Positions 26,867-41,348 of a DNA stretch of 64,000 nucleotides are shown one piece after another. The translations under genes were made by a program, and so were the position numbers. Position 1 is the first letter of the stretch. Each line of letters begins with the position of its first letter. Source of the stretch: Octopus vulgaris. Lineage: Eukaryota. Under the pieces are notes generated by a model. That model ran no database searches. It had not been told where the DNA came from and was given only the letters and a program-made list of their open reading frames with translations. The stretch covers positions 20,212,001 through 20,276,000 of the forward strand of contig OX597835.1 in assembly GCA_951406725.2 (NCBI GenBank). The letters run 5' to 3'.

Positions 26867-26952
26867 TTATATATACGTCTGTAAGCATAGATATATATAT
26901 GAATGTGTATGTATGAATGAAAACAGTTTGAATGAAATTGTGTTCAAGCGTT

Positions 26953-27009
<57 letters not shown>

Positions 27010-28742
27010 ATGTACGCATGTGTGAATATGGGTATATGTAAGTATGTGTGTTCCTGTATGTGTTTTAGTTTGTCTCTCACTGTTTTACACACAGTGTTTG
27101 TTTGTTTACGTTTCCTCATTTTTGCTTCTGCTGGGCCGTTCTTGATAAGAGACACCGATATTTGACCGACCAAATGTTCAGTATCGCGTAAATAAATAGC
27201 TAGAAATATTCAGAATATAAATTCAGAAAAGCACAAATACAACAGATTATATCCTCCATTCTCCATGACTTGCTTCTTAAATAATTGAACCTCAGAAGGA
27301 TGAAAAATTCAAACCGGATACATTTTTTAACACATTTTTTTAAATGTAAATGACAGTAACTAAATGCCGCCAAACGTCGGCATTTTATGCAATGTTTTAC
27401 TGCCTAATCTTAGGCGTGACGCTGGAATCATGAATGACAAAACGTCTTCGGTTTTCAGGTGATATTTTGAGTCGATACATTCGGTTAACGACCTGTATTT
27501 TATGACGTTTATTAGATGAAAGGTCAACCTCCGTTTGTGAGATTTGAACATTGGCATACATGGAAACAAATCAATAGTGCACTTAAACTGCTTTTTTTTA
27601 TCGATTTCAACATACACATATTCTTTTAAAGAGAAATAAAATTTAACACTATTTCAAAAGGTTAAAGAAGAAACATAAAAAAAAAATCGTAATAAATGAA
27701 ATTTCCTAATCAATTAGAACAGAACAATTTTTAAAATATGGCTCTTATTGTCTAACGATTCTGTACATAATTCAATGGTGTTGAAACATAGTTTGTAGCC
27801 AGTTTTCGATGATTGATTAAGTTATCACGAATCGAAGCTTAAGCACGCGTCTAGCAGCTGATTTTCCAAGGAAATTAGTATTCTAATGTGGCGTTAATAT
27901 TACGAAGCATATGTGCTAACGCAACACAAATATGTTAATTGTCCAGCTGATCAAGCACCGGAGACCTTTCCGTTTACAATTAGCAGAGTCTGACTTGGCG
28001 CTAAAGCCAACAACTGGGGAATATTCGATCGCAAAATTTATTTAAATTCACGAATAATTCGTATTGCTAGACAACGAAAACCTTTCGCTTAGAAGACAGC
28101 TGAAAAGTTTTGCTGTCGAGGGAACATTTAGAAGCATACCACATTACTCTCGTAAGCAGCATTATTTGCTTAGGGCTCCCTGTAATATTAAGTAGATTAA
28201 ATTAGTGCTATTTTGAGAATAGTGTTTGATGTTCAATCTTTTAACACGATTGGCAATATACCAAGATTTTCATTTTGGATATTACTAGAGAAATTGGAGG
28301 TGTATAAACTGCAATAAATTTTACATGTGAAAGCTACCTATCCATATAAAACATTATAAATCGCAAGTGGGGAATTTGTTTTCGTGTGTTGGTATTTTTT
28401 TAATCTTTTGCTACTTATTATTTATATTTTCAAACAAAAAAAATACGAAAAAAGAAACTAAAAAAAAAGCAAGGTAAAAGTAAATAAATTTTATGATAGA
28501 TGTCTGTATTCTTACATTATAATATTTTATAGATCTGGAGAACTGCCACGCCGTGTTGGCATTGAAGGATACACTGTAGCTGTAAATATGGTGCTGATTA
28601 TGTTATTGACAAAAGTGTGCAACTGAGAGATAGTGGTTACGAAGTACTAAATATATGAAGTGATAGTCCCTCCTAAGACAAATGGCACTCTGCGAGAAAT
28701 ACTAATTACAATTTACGCAGCATTACATATATATATATATGT

Positions 28743-28790
<48 letters not shown>

Positions 28791-29229
28791 ATATATATAA
28801 ATACATATATACAAAGTAATATTTTGTAAACGGCGTATGTGTTAAATAAATTCACCCACACATATACTCACATCATAAATATGAATTCATGTATCCACTA
28901 ATGCAAACACGCACGCACAGACACACACACACACAAGTACATACACATAATTATATATATATATGTAAGGCGTTTATATATGTGTGAGAGAGAGAGAGAG
29001 AGAGATAGAGAGAGAGGACAAAGAGAGTACTTTTATATTGAATACGGTTATTTTGTTCATATCATAACAGCACTAGCACAACCCAGATATACGCAAACAT
29101 ACAACTGAACATATAGAAACACAAATATATGCATATGGTATGCTTGTGTGGTGTGGCTATGTTTGTAAGTTTGTGCGTGTTTGTGTGGTTTTTCATGTGC
29201 AAATGGGAAGGGCTCTCAACTATATACAT

Positions 29230-29456
29230 ACTCTTTTACTCTTTTACTCTTTTACTTGTTTCAGTCATTTGACTGCGGCCATGCTGGAGCACCGCCTTTA
29301 ATCGAGCAACTCGACCCCGGGACTTATTCTTTTGTAAGCCCAGTACTTATTCTATCGGTCTCTTTTGCCGAACCGCTAAGTGACGGGGACATAAACACAC
29401 CAGCATCGGTTGTCAAGCAATGCTAGGGGACAAACACAGACACACAAACACACACA

Positions 29457-29503
<47 letters not shown>

Positions 29504-29655
29504 GACGGGCTTCTTTCAGTTTCCGTCTACCAAATCCACTCACAAGGCTTTGGTCGGCCCGAGGCTATAGTAGAAGACATTTACCCAAGGTGCCACGCAG
29601 TGGGACTGAACCCGGAACCATGCGGTTGGTAGACAAGCTACTTACCACACAGCCA

Positions 29656-29657
<2 letters not shown>
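29230..29657 (-). mobile_element. SINE family A, near full length
   Basis: Very similar to 15448-15885 in reverse; (TACTCTTT)n tail, internal (CA)(TA)n. Confidence 0.85.
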
Positions 29658-29712
<55 letters not shown>

Positions 29713-29729
29713 TGTGTATGTATGTATGT

Positions 29730-29990
29730 CTGGCCACTGGTGGTGGTGTAACACACCATACTAATCATATCTGTCAGGCATGTGGAAAAGAGTGTAATTC
29801 GGCAGGAGGACTTAAACGACATGCAAAGGTACATGAAGCCCAGTTACAACTACAGCCGGCTATTACCGGTAAAGGTATTTGTTGCCAATTCTGTACAAGA
29901 CATTGTAGATCTTTAGCTGGGCTAAAAATTCACATTCGATCACAGCACCAGTAACAGTTAAGCTTCGTGCAATGGCCATACTCGATATAT
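29730..29990 (+). mobile_element. two C2H2 zinc fingers ending in a stop; probable 3' end of an RTE-type LINE ORF
   Basis: HICQACGKECNSAGGLKRHAKVH..CCQFCTRHCRSLAGLKIHIRSQHQ*; no TGEKP linker; short tail atggccatactcgat then (TA)n. Confidence 0.6.
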
Positions 29991-30195
29991 ATATATGTAT
30001 AATTGATAAGAAATGAAAGAACATGAATTCTTTATCTAGATATGATGGTTTATTGCCGTCAGAGATATATATATTTTTTTTTTGATATTCCATTCTTTCT
30101 CCCTGCCAAATAACTGTTTGCAAATGAACGCGCGGATGAATTATTCGTTCGGTGTATTTTTGTTTTCACGCCTCGTTTTATCCATTTTTATTCAT

Positions 30196-30491
30196 CTGGA
30201 AGCACTCCGTCGGTTACGACGATAAGGGTTCCGGTTGATCCGAATCAGCGTGACACAGAGAGTGACAAGGCCGGCCCTTTGAAATACAGGTACAACAGAA
30301 ACAGGAAGTAAGAGTGAGAGAAAGTTGTGGTGAAATAGTACAGCAGGGATCACCACCACCCCCTGCCGGAGCCTCGTGGAGCTTTAGGTGTTTTCGCTCA
30401 ATAAACACTCACAACGCCCGGTCTGGGAATCGAAACCGCGATCCTATGACCGCGAGTCCGCTGCCCTTACCACTGGGCAATTGCGCCTCCA
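30196..30491 (-). mobile_element. SINE family C, tail type 1, internally deleted
   Basis: 13-bp TSD catttttattcat (30183-30195 / 30492-30504); colinear with 41349-41734. Confidence 0.9.
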
Positions 30492-30800
30492 CATTTTTAT
30501 TCATACATGAGTTTCGAGCATTTATTTTTCCTCTTTTTGGATTAGTAAGAAAGAATCTTCTCATACTTTTACCGATCTGTGACAGAAACAATGGAACTAA
30601 CCTGTATCATGTCCAGTAATATTAAACACTGTATTATTATCGAAGCATTTACACAATCAGTCATCAAAACAAAGACACGGACACACAGACACACGTACAC
30701 GCACAAACAACAGTCACACATATGCAATTGCGTTGGCACATACGAGTGCACTCATAAACAACACATGCGCACGGGCGCTCACTTGTATTCATGTATATAC

Positions 30801-30849
<49 letters not shown>

Positions 30850-30890
30850 CACCTGCCTTCGTCTTTTGTCTTTTTTCATAAAGCTTCCCG

Positions 30891-30928
<38 letters not shown>

Positions 30929-30935
30929 CATGTAT

Positions 30936-30989
<54 letters not shown>

Positions 30990-30990
30990 G

Positions 30991-31024
<34 letters not shown>

Positions 31025-31032
<8 letters not shown>

Positions 31033-31161
31033 GTTGTATACTGCCAATCTAACGAGAACGTGACAGTAGGGGGTACACCACCGCTGTATAACCCTAGGAC
31101 AGCGGTGGTGTACCCCCTACTGTCACGTTCTTGTTAGATTGACAGTATACAACCATTCTAT
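31025..31161. repeat. 63-bp-arm fold-back hairpin inside (TA)n
   Basis: 31025-31087 pairs with 31099-31161 with 2 mismatches; 11-nt loop. Confidence 0.9.
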
Positions 31162-31210
31162 CGCCCCACTACCGTACATGTCTCTACGAGATATTTAGAA
31201 ATTCAATATT

Positions 31211-31250
<40 letters not shown>

Positions 31251-31342
31251 AATGTAGAAGGACAGTGTAAGCAGGAAGCTCTCCACGCATATTTGTTTCA
31301 ATTTACACCTATCATACATATATACAAATAGCTACACACACA

Positions 31343-31396
<54 letters not shown>

Positions 31397-31726
31397 TAGA
31401 TAAGTGTGTAATTCCTGTATAAAAAAATGTGAAAATGTCAATGTTTTGTGCGGGGGTGGAGTAATAATCTACAGAGCAAAGATGATGGAGAATAAATTTG
31501 AAAACATAAATACGTAAATCAAAAGCGACCCATCCAGGAAAACAAACACAAGCTATAAAAGAAACACAACGAGGGTAATGCCGCCGACAATTATATATCA
31601 GACACGGCCGATAGAACAACAAAAAGAAAAAGCATATATAAATATATATATCTACGACTATGTGTGTGTGTGAGAGAGAGAGAGAGAGAATAAATGTGTG
31701 CCTGTGTATGTATATTATATTATATT

Positions 31727-31783
<57 letters not shown>

Positions 31784-32537
31784 TATATATATGTATGCGT
31801 TTATGTATGTACATATGTATGTAAAAGCAACAATGCCAATATCCCCGTTTATATATTATACTTTCATTATTTCCTTCGTTTGCCTTTTTCATTGTGATTT
31901 ATTGTTCAATAATAGTGAACGTTTTTCACACATAAACTCTCTACCCCTCGCTTTTACTGTGATTTCTTTTCTTTTTTCTATTTTTTTCTCTTTTTTTTGG
32001 TATTTCACCCTCACACACATCTCTCGTGTATGACTCAACGCAAACCCGAAATTGCGAAACCTATTGACCTAACATCTCCCACGACAACCCCAATTTCATT
32101 GATTCTAAACGTTTAGTTCAGCAGTTCTTTTATCATTTAGTTAGAATAAGTTCTCTTTGATCACCGTGCCTCCTATCAATATAGATGAAATAGCAAAAAC
32201 GGTTTCTCAATGCTGCACTCCAACGATCATTTGTTTTATCCATAATATGTTCTCATTATCTCCCCAATACATTCCTACACACATACATGCTCGTAAATAT
32301 ACTTACCTAAGTGAAGATATATATATATATATATATGCATATGTATATGTATGTATATGTATGTGTATATATATATAGATGTATATATATATATATACTC
32401 ATATATATATATGCGTATGTTTATGTATGCATGTATATATATATATACATATATATGTATATGTATGTATATATCTGTATATATATATATATATATACAT
32501 ATATATGTATATGTATGTATATATCTGTATATATATA

Positions 32538-32573
<36 letters not shown>

Positions 32574-33072
32574 CATACATACATCAAAAAATTCATACAT
32601 GCATATATACATAAATACATAATTATATAGGTACATACATACGTACATACACTCATACATAACATATATATATATATATATATACACACATACATACGTA
32701 CGTACATACATACGTTTGCACATACGTATATATATATAAATACATGAATACACATGCATATATGATTGCATGCATACATATAATCATACATGCACATACA
32801 TGTGCACATATTTGAAAAGTCAGAATTACAAAAATGGCAGAGGAACTGGATGAAAATATTAAAAATCAAATTCTTTTTCATTGGTTACCACGCCACTGGA
32901 TAATCTTTCTACGTTTTCCTTTCTCTCATATATCCCATAAGCTCACACGCTCACAAAGCTCAACTTAACCGCTTATACACACATCCATATGTACCTCAGC
33001 ATAGATGTACACATACATAATTACATATATACTTATATTTGTGTATACCCGTATGAATTAATATATATCTAC

Positions 33073-33170
<98 letters not shown>

Positions 33171-33171
33171 G

Positions 33172-33244
<73 letters not shown>

Positions 33245-33550
33245 TATACTTAGACACGAACACATACACCCACACACATAAACACACTTATATACAGAAC
33301 CAGAGAGAAGAAGAGAGTAAACGGAAAAAGCAAGAGGAAGATAAAGAAGGAGAGACGATTAGATTGACATATCGACAGACAAATCTAATGAGAAACACTT
33401 CAGTTTTATTGATTCTAATGAACAGAAGGCTTGATTTCACTTATCAATCGGCGAATGTGTTTCGAATTGCAAAATAGTAGTAACATTGTTCCAGTTAACA
33501 TACTTAGCATTGAACCGATGCAATACCGTCAATCTGGAATCAAATTCTTA

Positions 33551-33718
33551 GGTCGATTATATCGACCCCAGTGCTTAACTGGTACTTAATTTATCGACCC
33601 CGAAAGGATGAAAGGTAAAGTCGACCTCGGCGGAATTTGAACTCACAACGTAACGGCAGACGAAATACCGCTAAGCATTTCGCCCGACGTGCTAACGATT
33701 CTGCTAGCTCGCCGCCTT
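33551..33718 (-). mobile_element. SINE family B, 3'-truncated
   Basis: Colinear with family B; tctggaatcaaattcttag on both flanks (33534-33551 and 33718-33736), a probable TSD. Confidence 0.85.
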
Positions 33719-34299
33719 CTGGAATCAAATTCTTAGATCTTTTACGAAGAAATGTAGGGGGTCCATTTTTGGACCCAATTCTCCATAGCTACTTTCACCC
33801 TCCGAACTGCCCTTCATTGGACAATGAATCCCATTGAACAATAGGAAATCGGACCGTGTCAAATCCAAAATGTAAGACGCATTTCCATGCTCTGACCAAG
33901 TATATTGTCAGGTACCCAAGTTTTATCAAATACAGCGGTGCATTGCAGAGTTTTTGAAACTTTTTCAGGAAAGATAGTTTTTCACTGTCTTATATCATTT
34001 TAACTTTCGTGTGTCATTTCTATATATCCGATAATTTAACCTGCTGAATGTTGTTATTCCGGATCGTGGGAGACGGCTGGAACAGCACTTTCATCACACT
34101 GTTTAATCACTGTTTCTCTCAGCTAACTAGTTTACAGAAAGCAGTCGGGTCGTGAGGACTTTTTGGAAGCTGGCTATGCAATAAGCATTTGTGGTTAAAT
34201 AGGCAAAACGGCTACAGAAACTTGTGACATACCCAACTCCTTGACCGATTATGTATTAACTAGTATGGGCCGAAGATCTGTTTTTCGCTGGAAGCCACA

Positions 34300-34640
34300 T
34301 AGGAAAGACCCACTGACAAGCTTACGATGACCCCCTCCCTTCCGACAACAAGGGAATCAGCTACATCTACTGGTTCACCTGTGGTCACACGGTAAAAATG
34401 AGTATTTAGTGGAAGTTTTCAGAGAGTTCACGAAAGACTTTCGTTGCAAAAGTCCATAACTCTACTACACGGGTCGGTGACATTTGCAAATGGGCGTCAG
34501 AACTGCCCCTTATACTCTCTACAGCCTAGATCTTACTCCCTGTGACTTTTGCGTGTTCCCTAATCTCAGCGAGAAGTTGTAGGAGATTGTAAGAACATCT
34601 TAAATTTGGAGACCTTAAACAGGCTTTTGCGGATTGGTTA
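34300..34640 (+). pseudogene. mariner transposase C-terminal remnant
   Basis: EYLVEVFREFTKDFRCKSP and YSLDLTPCDFCVFPNLSEKL (cf. YSPDLAPCDFxLFPKLKEKL). Confidence 0.75.
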
Positions 34641-35072
34641 TAGAGCAACAGCGGAAAGAATTGAATCTGAGTTTCTTACATTCAGGATATATATATATAT
34701 AAAGAGAGAGAGAGGAGACAGGGAGAATTTTATATATTACATGGTATGAAAGTCACGGACTCACAGAGATAGATATATAGACATATGATTATAAACATAA
34801 TTATGAGACGAATCACTGTTTATAAATAACATTGTGAAAGATTAATGATATTGTATATGAGGTTAATGGTATACTTTAATGATATATATGATTAATGATA
34901 TTCAGTATTCTTACTCCGTATTGTAAGTATTGTATCGAAAAAAAGCATATGTATTTTTTAAAGGCCATAGCAAGGTTATGCGGTTAATTTTTATGCGCTG
35001 CTTCTCATACGTGGTCGTGCGTATATGCTGCTGTTTGCATTCATACACGCACATACACACATACAGGCAGAA

Positions 35073-35147
<75 letters not shown>

Positions 35148-36884
35148 GAAAGAGCTATATTGGTACTTAGATTTATTGATGTATGTATATATTGTATCTA
35201 TATATACATATATTTATTTATGTATGTATACAGAACGACTTGTGCATGCAGATATAAATGTGTGTATGCGTATGTGTGCTTTCACAGCATCTAAATATTT
35301 CCGGCTATTTAAAACAAATTGAACGATATTCAGTTACTATGATCCGGAGAGCCAAAGCATACACAGATTTAAAGAAAAATACCTTTTTAATTAATAGTAT
35401 ATTATTATTTTATAATGTATGTTGACCTAAATGCAAAGACACCCAAATGAAATATATATATATACATACCTCGTTCAGAGATTTATTACATATATGTATA
35501 TATATATATATATATATAAAATGAGGGAGATAAATTGAGTATTAATTTAATTAATATCAATGTAAAACCAGTAGCCTAGCATACAAAAATCTTTAAAATC
35601 AGAGACAATTCTAATACATGTGTGTATTTAAAGGGCTAAAAACCACTCAAACTGTAGTTTGATCGTAGGTGATCTACTTCTAGCATATGGCTGTCCACAT
35701 ATTGGTTTTTAGCTCTTTAAATATACACACATATATATTCATATATATGTGTGTGTGTGTGTGTATGTGTGTGTGTGTGTGAGTGTGTGTGTGAGTATAT
35801 ATGTGTGCGTGTGTGTGTGTGTACGTGTGTGTGTAGAGTCTATTGGTTTTGTTTGAAAAATCAGTGAAAAGCTATATATTAACAAGACATTTTTGCTATT
35901 GTCATAAGGCCTGAAATTTGGCAGGAGTGGGCTATTCGATTTCATTGGCGTATTTAATCGAAACCGAAAGGATAAAATGCAATGTCAATCGCGAAAGAAT
36001 GAAAGGCAATGTCGACCCCGGCAGAATTTGAGCTCAGAACGTAGCGGCAGTCGAAATACCTATTTCTTTACTACCCACAAAGGGCTAAACACAGGGAGGA
36101 CAAACAAGTTCTTATTTCTTGCAGGTGGATGCTTGTTAAGCATCCTTACGTTTCATACGAATTTATAATTCATAGCTATTTAATGCTATATATCCTGTCT
36201 GTTTTCCTGGCATACTGTTTTTCTTTGTTACCTCGGTGTGGTACGGTGGATAAATTTAAGACTTTAGCTCTTATTTCTAGCAGGTGGATGCTTGTTAAGC
36301 ATCCTTACGCTTCGTACAATTTTATAATTCATAGCTATTTAATGCTATTGCGCCTGCGATCCACCTATGTCGCTGCTGGTGATATCATTAATTTTAAAAT
36401 TTATACACAGGTGATATGAACAGTAGTGACATCTGATTTCAAATCTTAGAGTTTGAATGTTTTGTATATATATATATATATACAAACGCACATACCCCCC
36501 CCCACACATATATATATATATGCATAAAAAATAGACAGAGTGATAGATAGATAGATAGATAGATAAACACCGACAGAAAGCTACATAGACGGACATATAT
36601 CAAAATATATATATATATATATACAGACAGAGAGAAGGATGGAAAGACATTTCAGAGTTTGAACTTGGTTTTGCCAAAAGTATAACATTTCATAAAAAGC
36701 AGGCTCATTTTTATTTATTGTGACATATTTCTTCACAGTATTTTTCAGAGTTAAGTAGACTGGACATAAGCAAAGACTAAAAACGAACTCAGTAATTCAC
36801 TGTCCTATAACGTGAGTAAACGTACTTCGATAATGGTCTACGTATTTACTTACGCGCAAACAGGCAGTGACATATATGTATATA

Positions 36885-36995
<111 letters not shown>

Positions 36996-37233
36996 GAACA
37001 ATTGTGCGTGGGATAGTAAGATGTCTGATCTGAGTAAATAAATCCCACATGATACACGGTATTGGCTTTTCTCTTTTATCTAGACATTTTAGAATATATA
37101 CATATAGCTATAAACTTATTGCTTGTGTGTGTGACTGTGGGAAAGTTCGTCTGTGTGCGTATGTGTGTATGCGAGTGTATATGTGTGTAAAAGTGAATAT
37201 AAGTAACTATCTATTTATCTATTTATATATATG

Positions 37234-37270
<37 letters not shown>

Positions 37271-37646
37271 TTATCTATGTATTTATAAATCTACTTATCT
37301 ATATCTCTATTTATGTATCTATCTATTTATCTACTACGTATCTATATATTAGTCCCTCTATCCATCATTTTATCACCCTACCTATCTATTACATATAAAT
37401 ATATATATAACAAATGGCGAAGATATTGCGTGTGAAGACGGGGCTATTACCAGAGAAGCACTCAATACTGTCGAAATCCAAGCCAAAGCCGGAATACATC
37501 AGGTGTAGAAGAAGAACAACAGCAAGAACAATGAGAGCAACAATGAAACAAAATATATACATATATAAATATATATATATATATAATGGCGGTGCCCCAG
37601 CATGGCCACAGCTCGTGAGCTGAAACTAGATAAAATAAAAAAATAA

Positions 37647-37701
<55 letters not shown>

Positions 37702-37734
37702 AACACACACATACGTTCATATATACACACACGT

Positions 37735-37847
<113 letters not shown>

Positions 37848-38229
37848 CTGTTTCTCTCTCCTTTTTTCGGTGCCTCATACTTCGACTTTTCCCCTCCTGG
37901 CCTCTTCACGCATCCACGAAGCAAACTTTTGATAAACGACCATTTATGTTACATTATTGTAAATTCGTTCGTAAAATCGGTTACTATATTTCCTTCTCAT
38001 TTCAATAAATCCATCGAACAGGAACTTCCTACTGTGTAACCCCTCAACCAGATGAAGGTCATCGAGGTTTTGCTTAATAGCGTCTAACTTTCACGGAAAA
38101 TAATAAAACGATATCACATGACCAATATTCAACATTATGCCTGAAAAAGCCTAGTTTGTGTTTTCATTAATTATTGCGTTTCACTTTGCAACTACTATCC
38201 TTTGTTATCCTTTTCGCATGGGAAATTGC

Positions 38230-38349
38230 ACCATCGTTAATCATTATCGTTATTATTAATGTTTTTTTTTGGTTTTTTTTGCTCTCGTTGTTGTTGCTGT
38301 TTTTGTTGTTGTTGTTGTTCTTGTCTTCTTCTTCTTCTTCTTCTTCTTC

Positions 38350-38402
<53 letters not shown>

Positions 38403-38584
38403 GTTATTATTATTATCGTTATTATCATTATCATTATTATCGTTATCATTATTATCATTATTATTATTATTATTATTATTATCATCATTATTATCATTAT
38501 CATTATTATCATTATCATTATTATCGTTATCATTATTATCATTATTATTATTATTATTATTATTATTAGTAATAGTAGTAGTAA

Positions 38585-38623
<39 letters not shown>

Positions 38624-38757
38624 TAGTAGTAGTAGTAGTATTCATAATCATCGTCGTCGTCGTCATCATTAACATAGTCGTCAGCATTATTATTGCTTTC
38701 AACACCGCTATAGCAGTAGTGGTAGTAGTAGTAGCATTAGTAGTAGTGGTAGTAGTG

Positions 38758-38812
<55 letters not shown>

Positions 38813-38864
38813 CAGCAGCAGCTGCAGTAGTAGCAGTAGTAGTAGTAGTAGTAGAAGCAGCAGC

Positions 38865-38905
<41 letters not shown>

Positions 38906-38960
38906 CAGATGATGTTACAGTAGCAGTAGCTGCAGCAGTAGTAGAGTTTGTGGTGGTTGT
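38230..38960. repeat. compound trinucleotide tract (GTT/CTT/ATT/ATC/TAG/GCA)
   Basis: Direct inspection; source of poly-L/V/Y ORFs. Confidence 0.9.
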
Positions 38961-39324
38961 GACGTGGTTCTGGAAGTAGTGGCTGTTTTGTTGGTGCTGT
39001 TGTCTTCTTCTTCCAATCAGGACTCACGCCATTAGCCGCAAAGAATAATGTCTAATTCGAGCCTACTCTAAGCTACTAAGAATGCGTGTGGCAACTTGAA
39101 GATCCACCACCACCCCACACACACACACGCGGTAGACTAGCGGTTGCACGGACACGAAAGCTACGTTGTTATCCTCCCTTGTTCAAAAAGCTCCCAACGT
39201 CTTGTGTGTTGGAAATGTGACTCTCTTCTCTATTACTGAACGGGGACCTCAGTATAGATAAACGTATGCTGGATGATACTATCAGGGTGTAAAATTTGTT
39301 TGAAGAAGAAAAACCGGTAAAATA

Positions 39325-39550
39325 TACACGGGAGGATGCTGAAAAGTTCCAGATTTTAAGGGTGTCACGAAAGCCTGAGTGGAGGCCTAAACTCCACCCA
39401 GGACTTTCTGAGTTTCTGACAGGACCTTGATAAAGTGCAGGCCCTCAACAATGAGAGTGGGAATCTGAGAGGGCAATATGTTCAATAAACAACATAAATA
39501 ACTGATCCTCCTGTATTTTCTTTTACCCAAATCGAGGAACTTTTCAGCAG
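39325..39550. mobile_element. mariner-derived MITE, degenerate
   Basis: Ends gatgctgaaaagttcc / ggaactttttcagcag are inverted; related copy at 50230-50452. Confidence 0.55.
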
Positions 39551-39601
39551 AGTAATTTTAAATCTCCGCAGATGGGTGTGGCAGTACCGTTTCTCCATTT
39601 A

Positions 39602-39816
39602 AGGAGGCGAGTTGTCAGAAACGTTAGCACACCGGGCGAAATGCTTAGCGTTATTTCGTCTGTCTTTACGTTCTGAGTTAAAATTCCGCCGAGGTCGACT
39701 TTGCCATTCATCCTTTCGGGGTCGATAAATTAAGAACCAGTTGCGTACTGAGGTCGATCTAATCGACTGGCCCCCTGCCCAAATATTTCTGGCTTTGTGC
39801 CTAGAGTAGAAAAGAA
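39602..39816 (+). mobile_element. SINE family B, alternative 3' tail
   Basis: Family B head and core followed by ggccccctgcccaaatatttctggctttgtgcctagagtagaaaagaat; flanking repeat accgtttctccattt / accgcttctccattt (probable TSD). Confidence 0.85.
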
Positions 39817-40220
39817 TACCGCTTCTCCATTTTTTTTTAGTTTCAGCACCCCATTTTTCTTGTATTACATATAACAATTTGAATATGAAGCTTTGATAAA
39901 CTCTAGTTTAAACACATATGAATCTTTCATAAATTCTAGTTATGTTGGAAATTATTGATCCTTATATATGCGTCCTTCTATAAGCATATTTCAAAGCGTA
40001 AACACATATAGTTATATATCTTATAAAACCTCAACAAAATACCAATAAAATTGTTGTCTATCGATGAAACTTTGATGTGGTGAACTTTGAAAAAAGTTAC
40101 ATTTTCTCCAGTTGTATGATGCGGAATTATATATTAGAGAATCCACGATATAGATCTATATGAAAGGATATGTAAATGTTACAGAGGCACGAATTGTATT
40201 GAGAAAATGGTTAAAGTAGT

Positions 40221-40607
40221 GGAATGGAAGCACTCCGTCGGTTACGACGATGAGGGTTGCGGTTGATCCGATCAACGGAACAGCCTGCTCAGGAAATTAA
40301 CGTGTAAGTGGCTGAGTACTCCACAGACACGTGTACCCTTAACGTAGTTCTCGGGGATATTCAGCATGACACAGAGAGTGCAAAGGCCGGCCCTTTGAAA
40401 TACAGGTACAACAGAAACAGGAAGTAAGAGTGAGAGAAAGTTGTGGTGAAAGAGTACAGCAGGGATCACCACCATCCCTGCCGGAGCCTCGTGGAGCTTT
40501 AGGTGTTTTCGCTCAATAAACACTCACAACGCCCGGTCTGGGAATCGAAACCGCGATCCTAAGACCGCGAGTCCGCTGCCCTGACCACTAGGCTATTGCG
40601 CCTCCAC
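40221..40607 (-). mobile_element. SINE family C, tail type 1, full length
   Basis: TSD ggttaa(a/g)gtagt at 40209-40220 / 40608-40619. Confidence 0.9.
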
Positions 40608-40783
40608 GGTTAAGGTAGTAGTAATATCTTAGCTTGAATTTAAGCTCGTCATATATATATTTAAAAATTTACATGCAAAGCCGATATTATTTCTGCAGTA
40701 TGTGGAAGACAGGGTTGAGTTCATTGAGATACGATTTTGAAATGTTCAAAATTTTCTATATATGATTATATATGTATATGCAT

Positions 40784-40824
<41 letters not shown>

Positions 40825-40900
40825 TTGAACTTGCACCGAGAGTTCAGGACGCTGGCTGTGGTTACTACAAATAGTTGTACCGATTGCAGAATGTGATTTA

Positions 40901-41199
40901 TCTTTATATATAAAAGAGAGGTTGTGTGCTGTCTGTCTCCTACAATTTAGATTCCTAACTACTCCCACATTTTGCGGTGCAGTTTAACCAAAACCGGGTA
41001 TCTTATAGTCGTGATTCATATCGAGCCCTTCTGGGTATTAGCGCGCGTCTACGATGAGTCAACGATTTAAAAAAAAATTACCATAATTTTTTTTCCATTT
41101 TTAATGCATTTTTTTGCTATTATTTGGCTATAACTCTCTAAAAATGCTTATATAGTTATTTCCCTTACATGCCCGAGCAACGCCGGGCGATACTGCTAG
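40901..41199 (+). mobile_element. non-autonomous Helitron
   Basis: Inserted between A and T; 5' TC(tttatatataaaag); subterminal GC hairpin gcccg-agcaacgc-cgggc (41171-41188); 3' CTAG. Confidence 0.8.
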
Positions 41200-41348
41200 T
41201 TGGTTATAAAATTCGAAAACTTTAGTCGTATTTGTACGCTGGACACCAGAGCAGGAGAAGTTACCATGGAAGAAGTTATGAATCAGAATTAGAGTACGTG
41301 AGTACACAGATGCTATAGCTAGTTATGAAATATCTAATAAGGTATTTG

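Noticed and set aside
38174-39027. Poly-L/V/Y/N ORFs up to 236 aa
   Set aside because: Trinucleotide repeat tract with no domain content.
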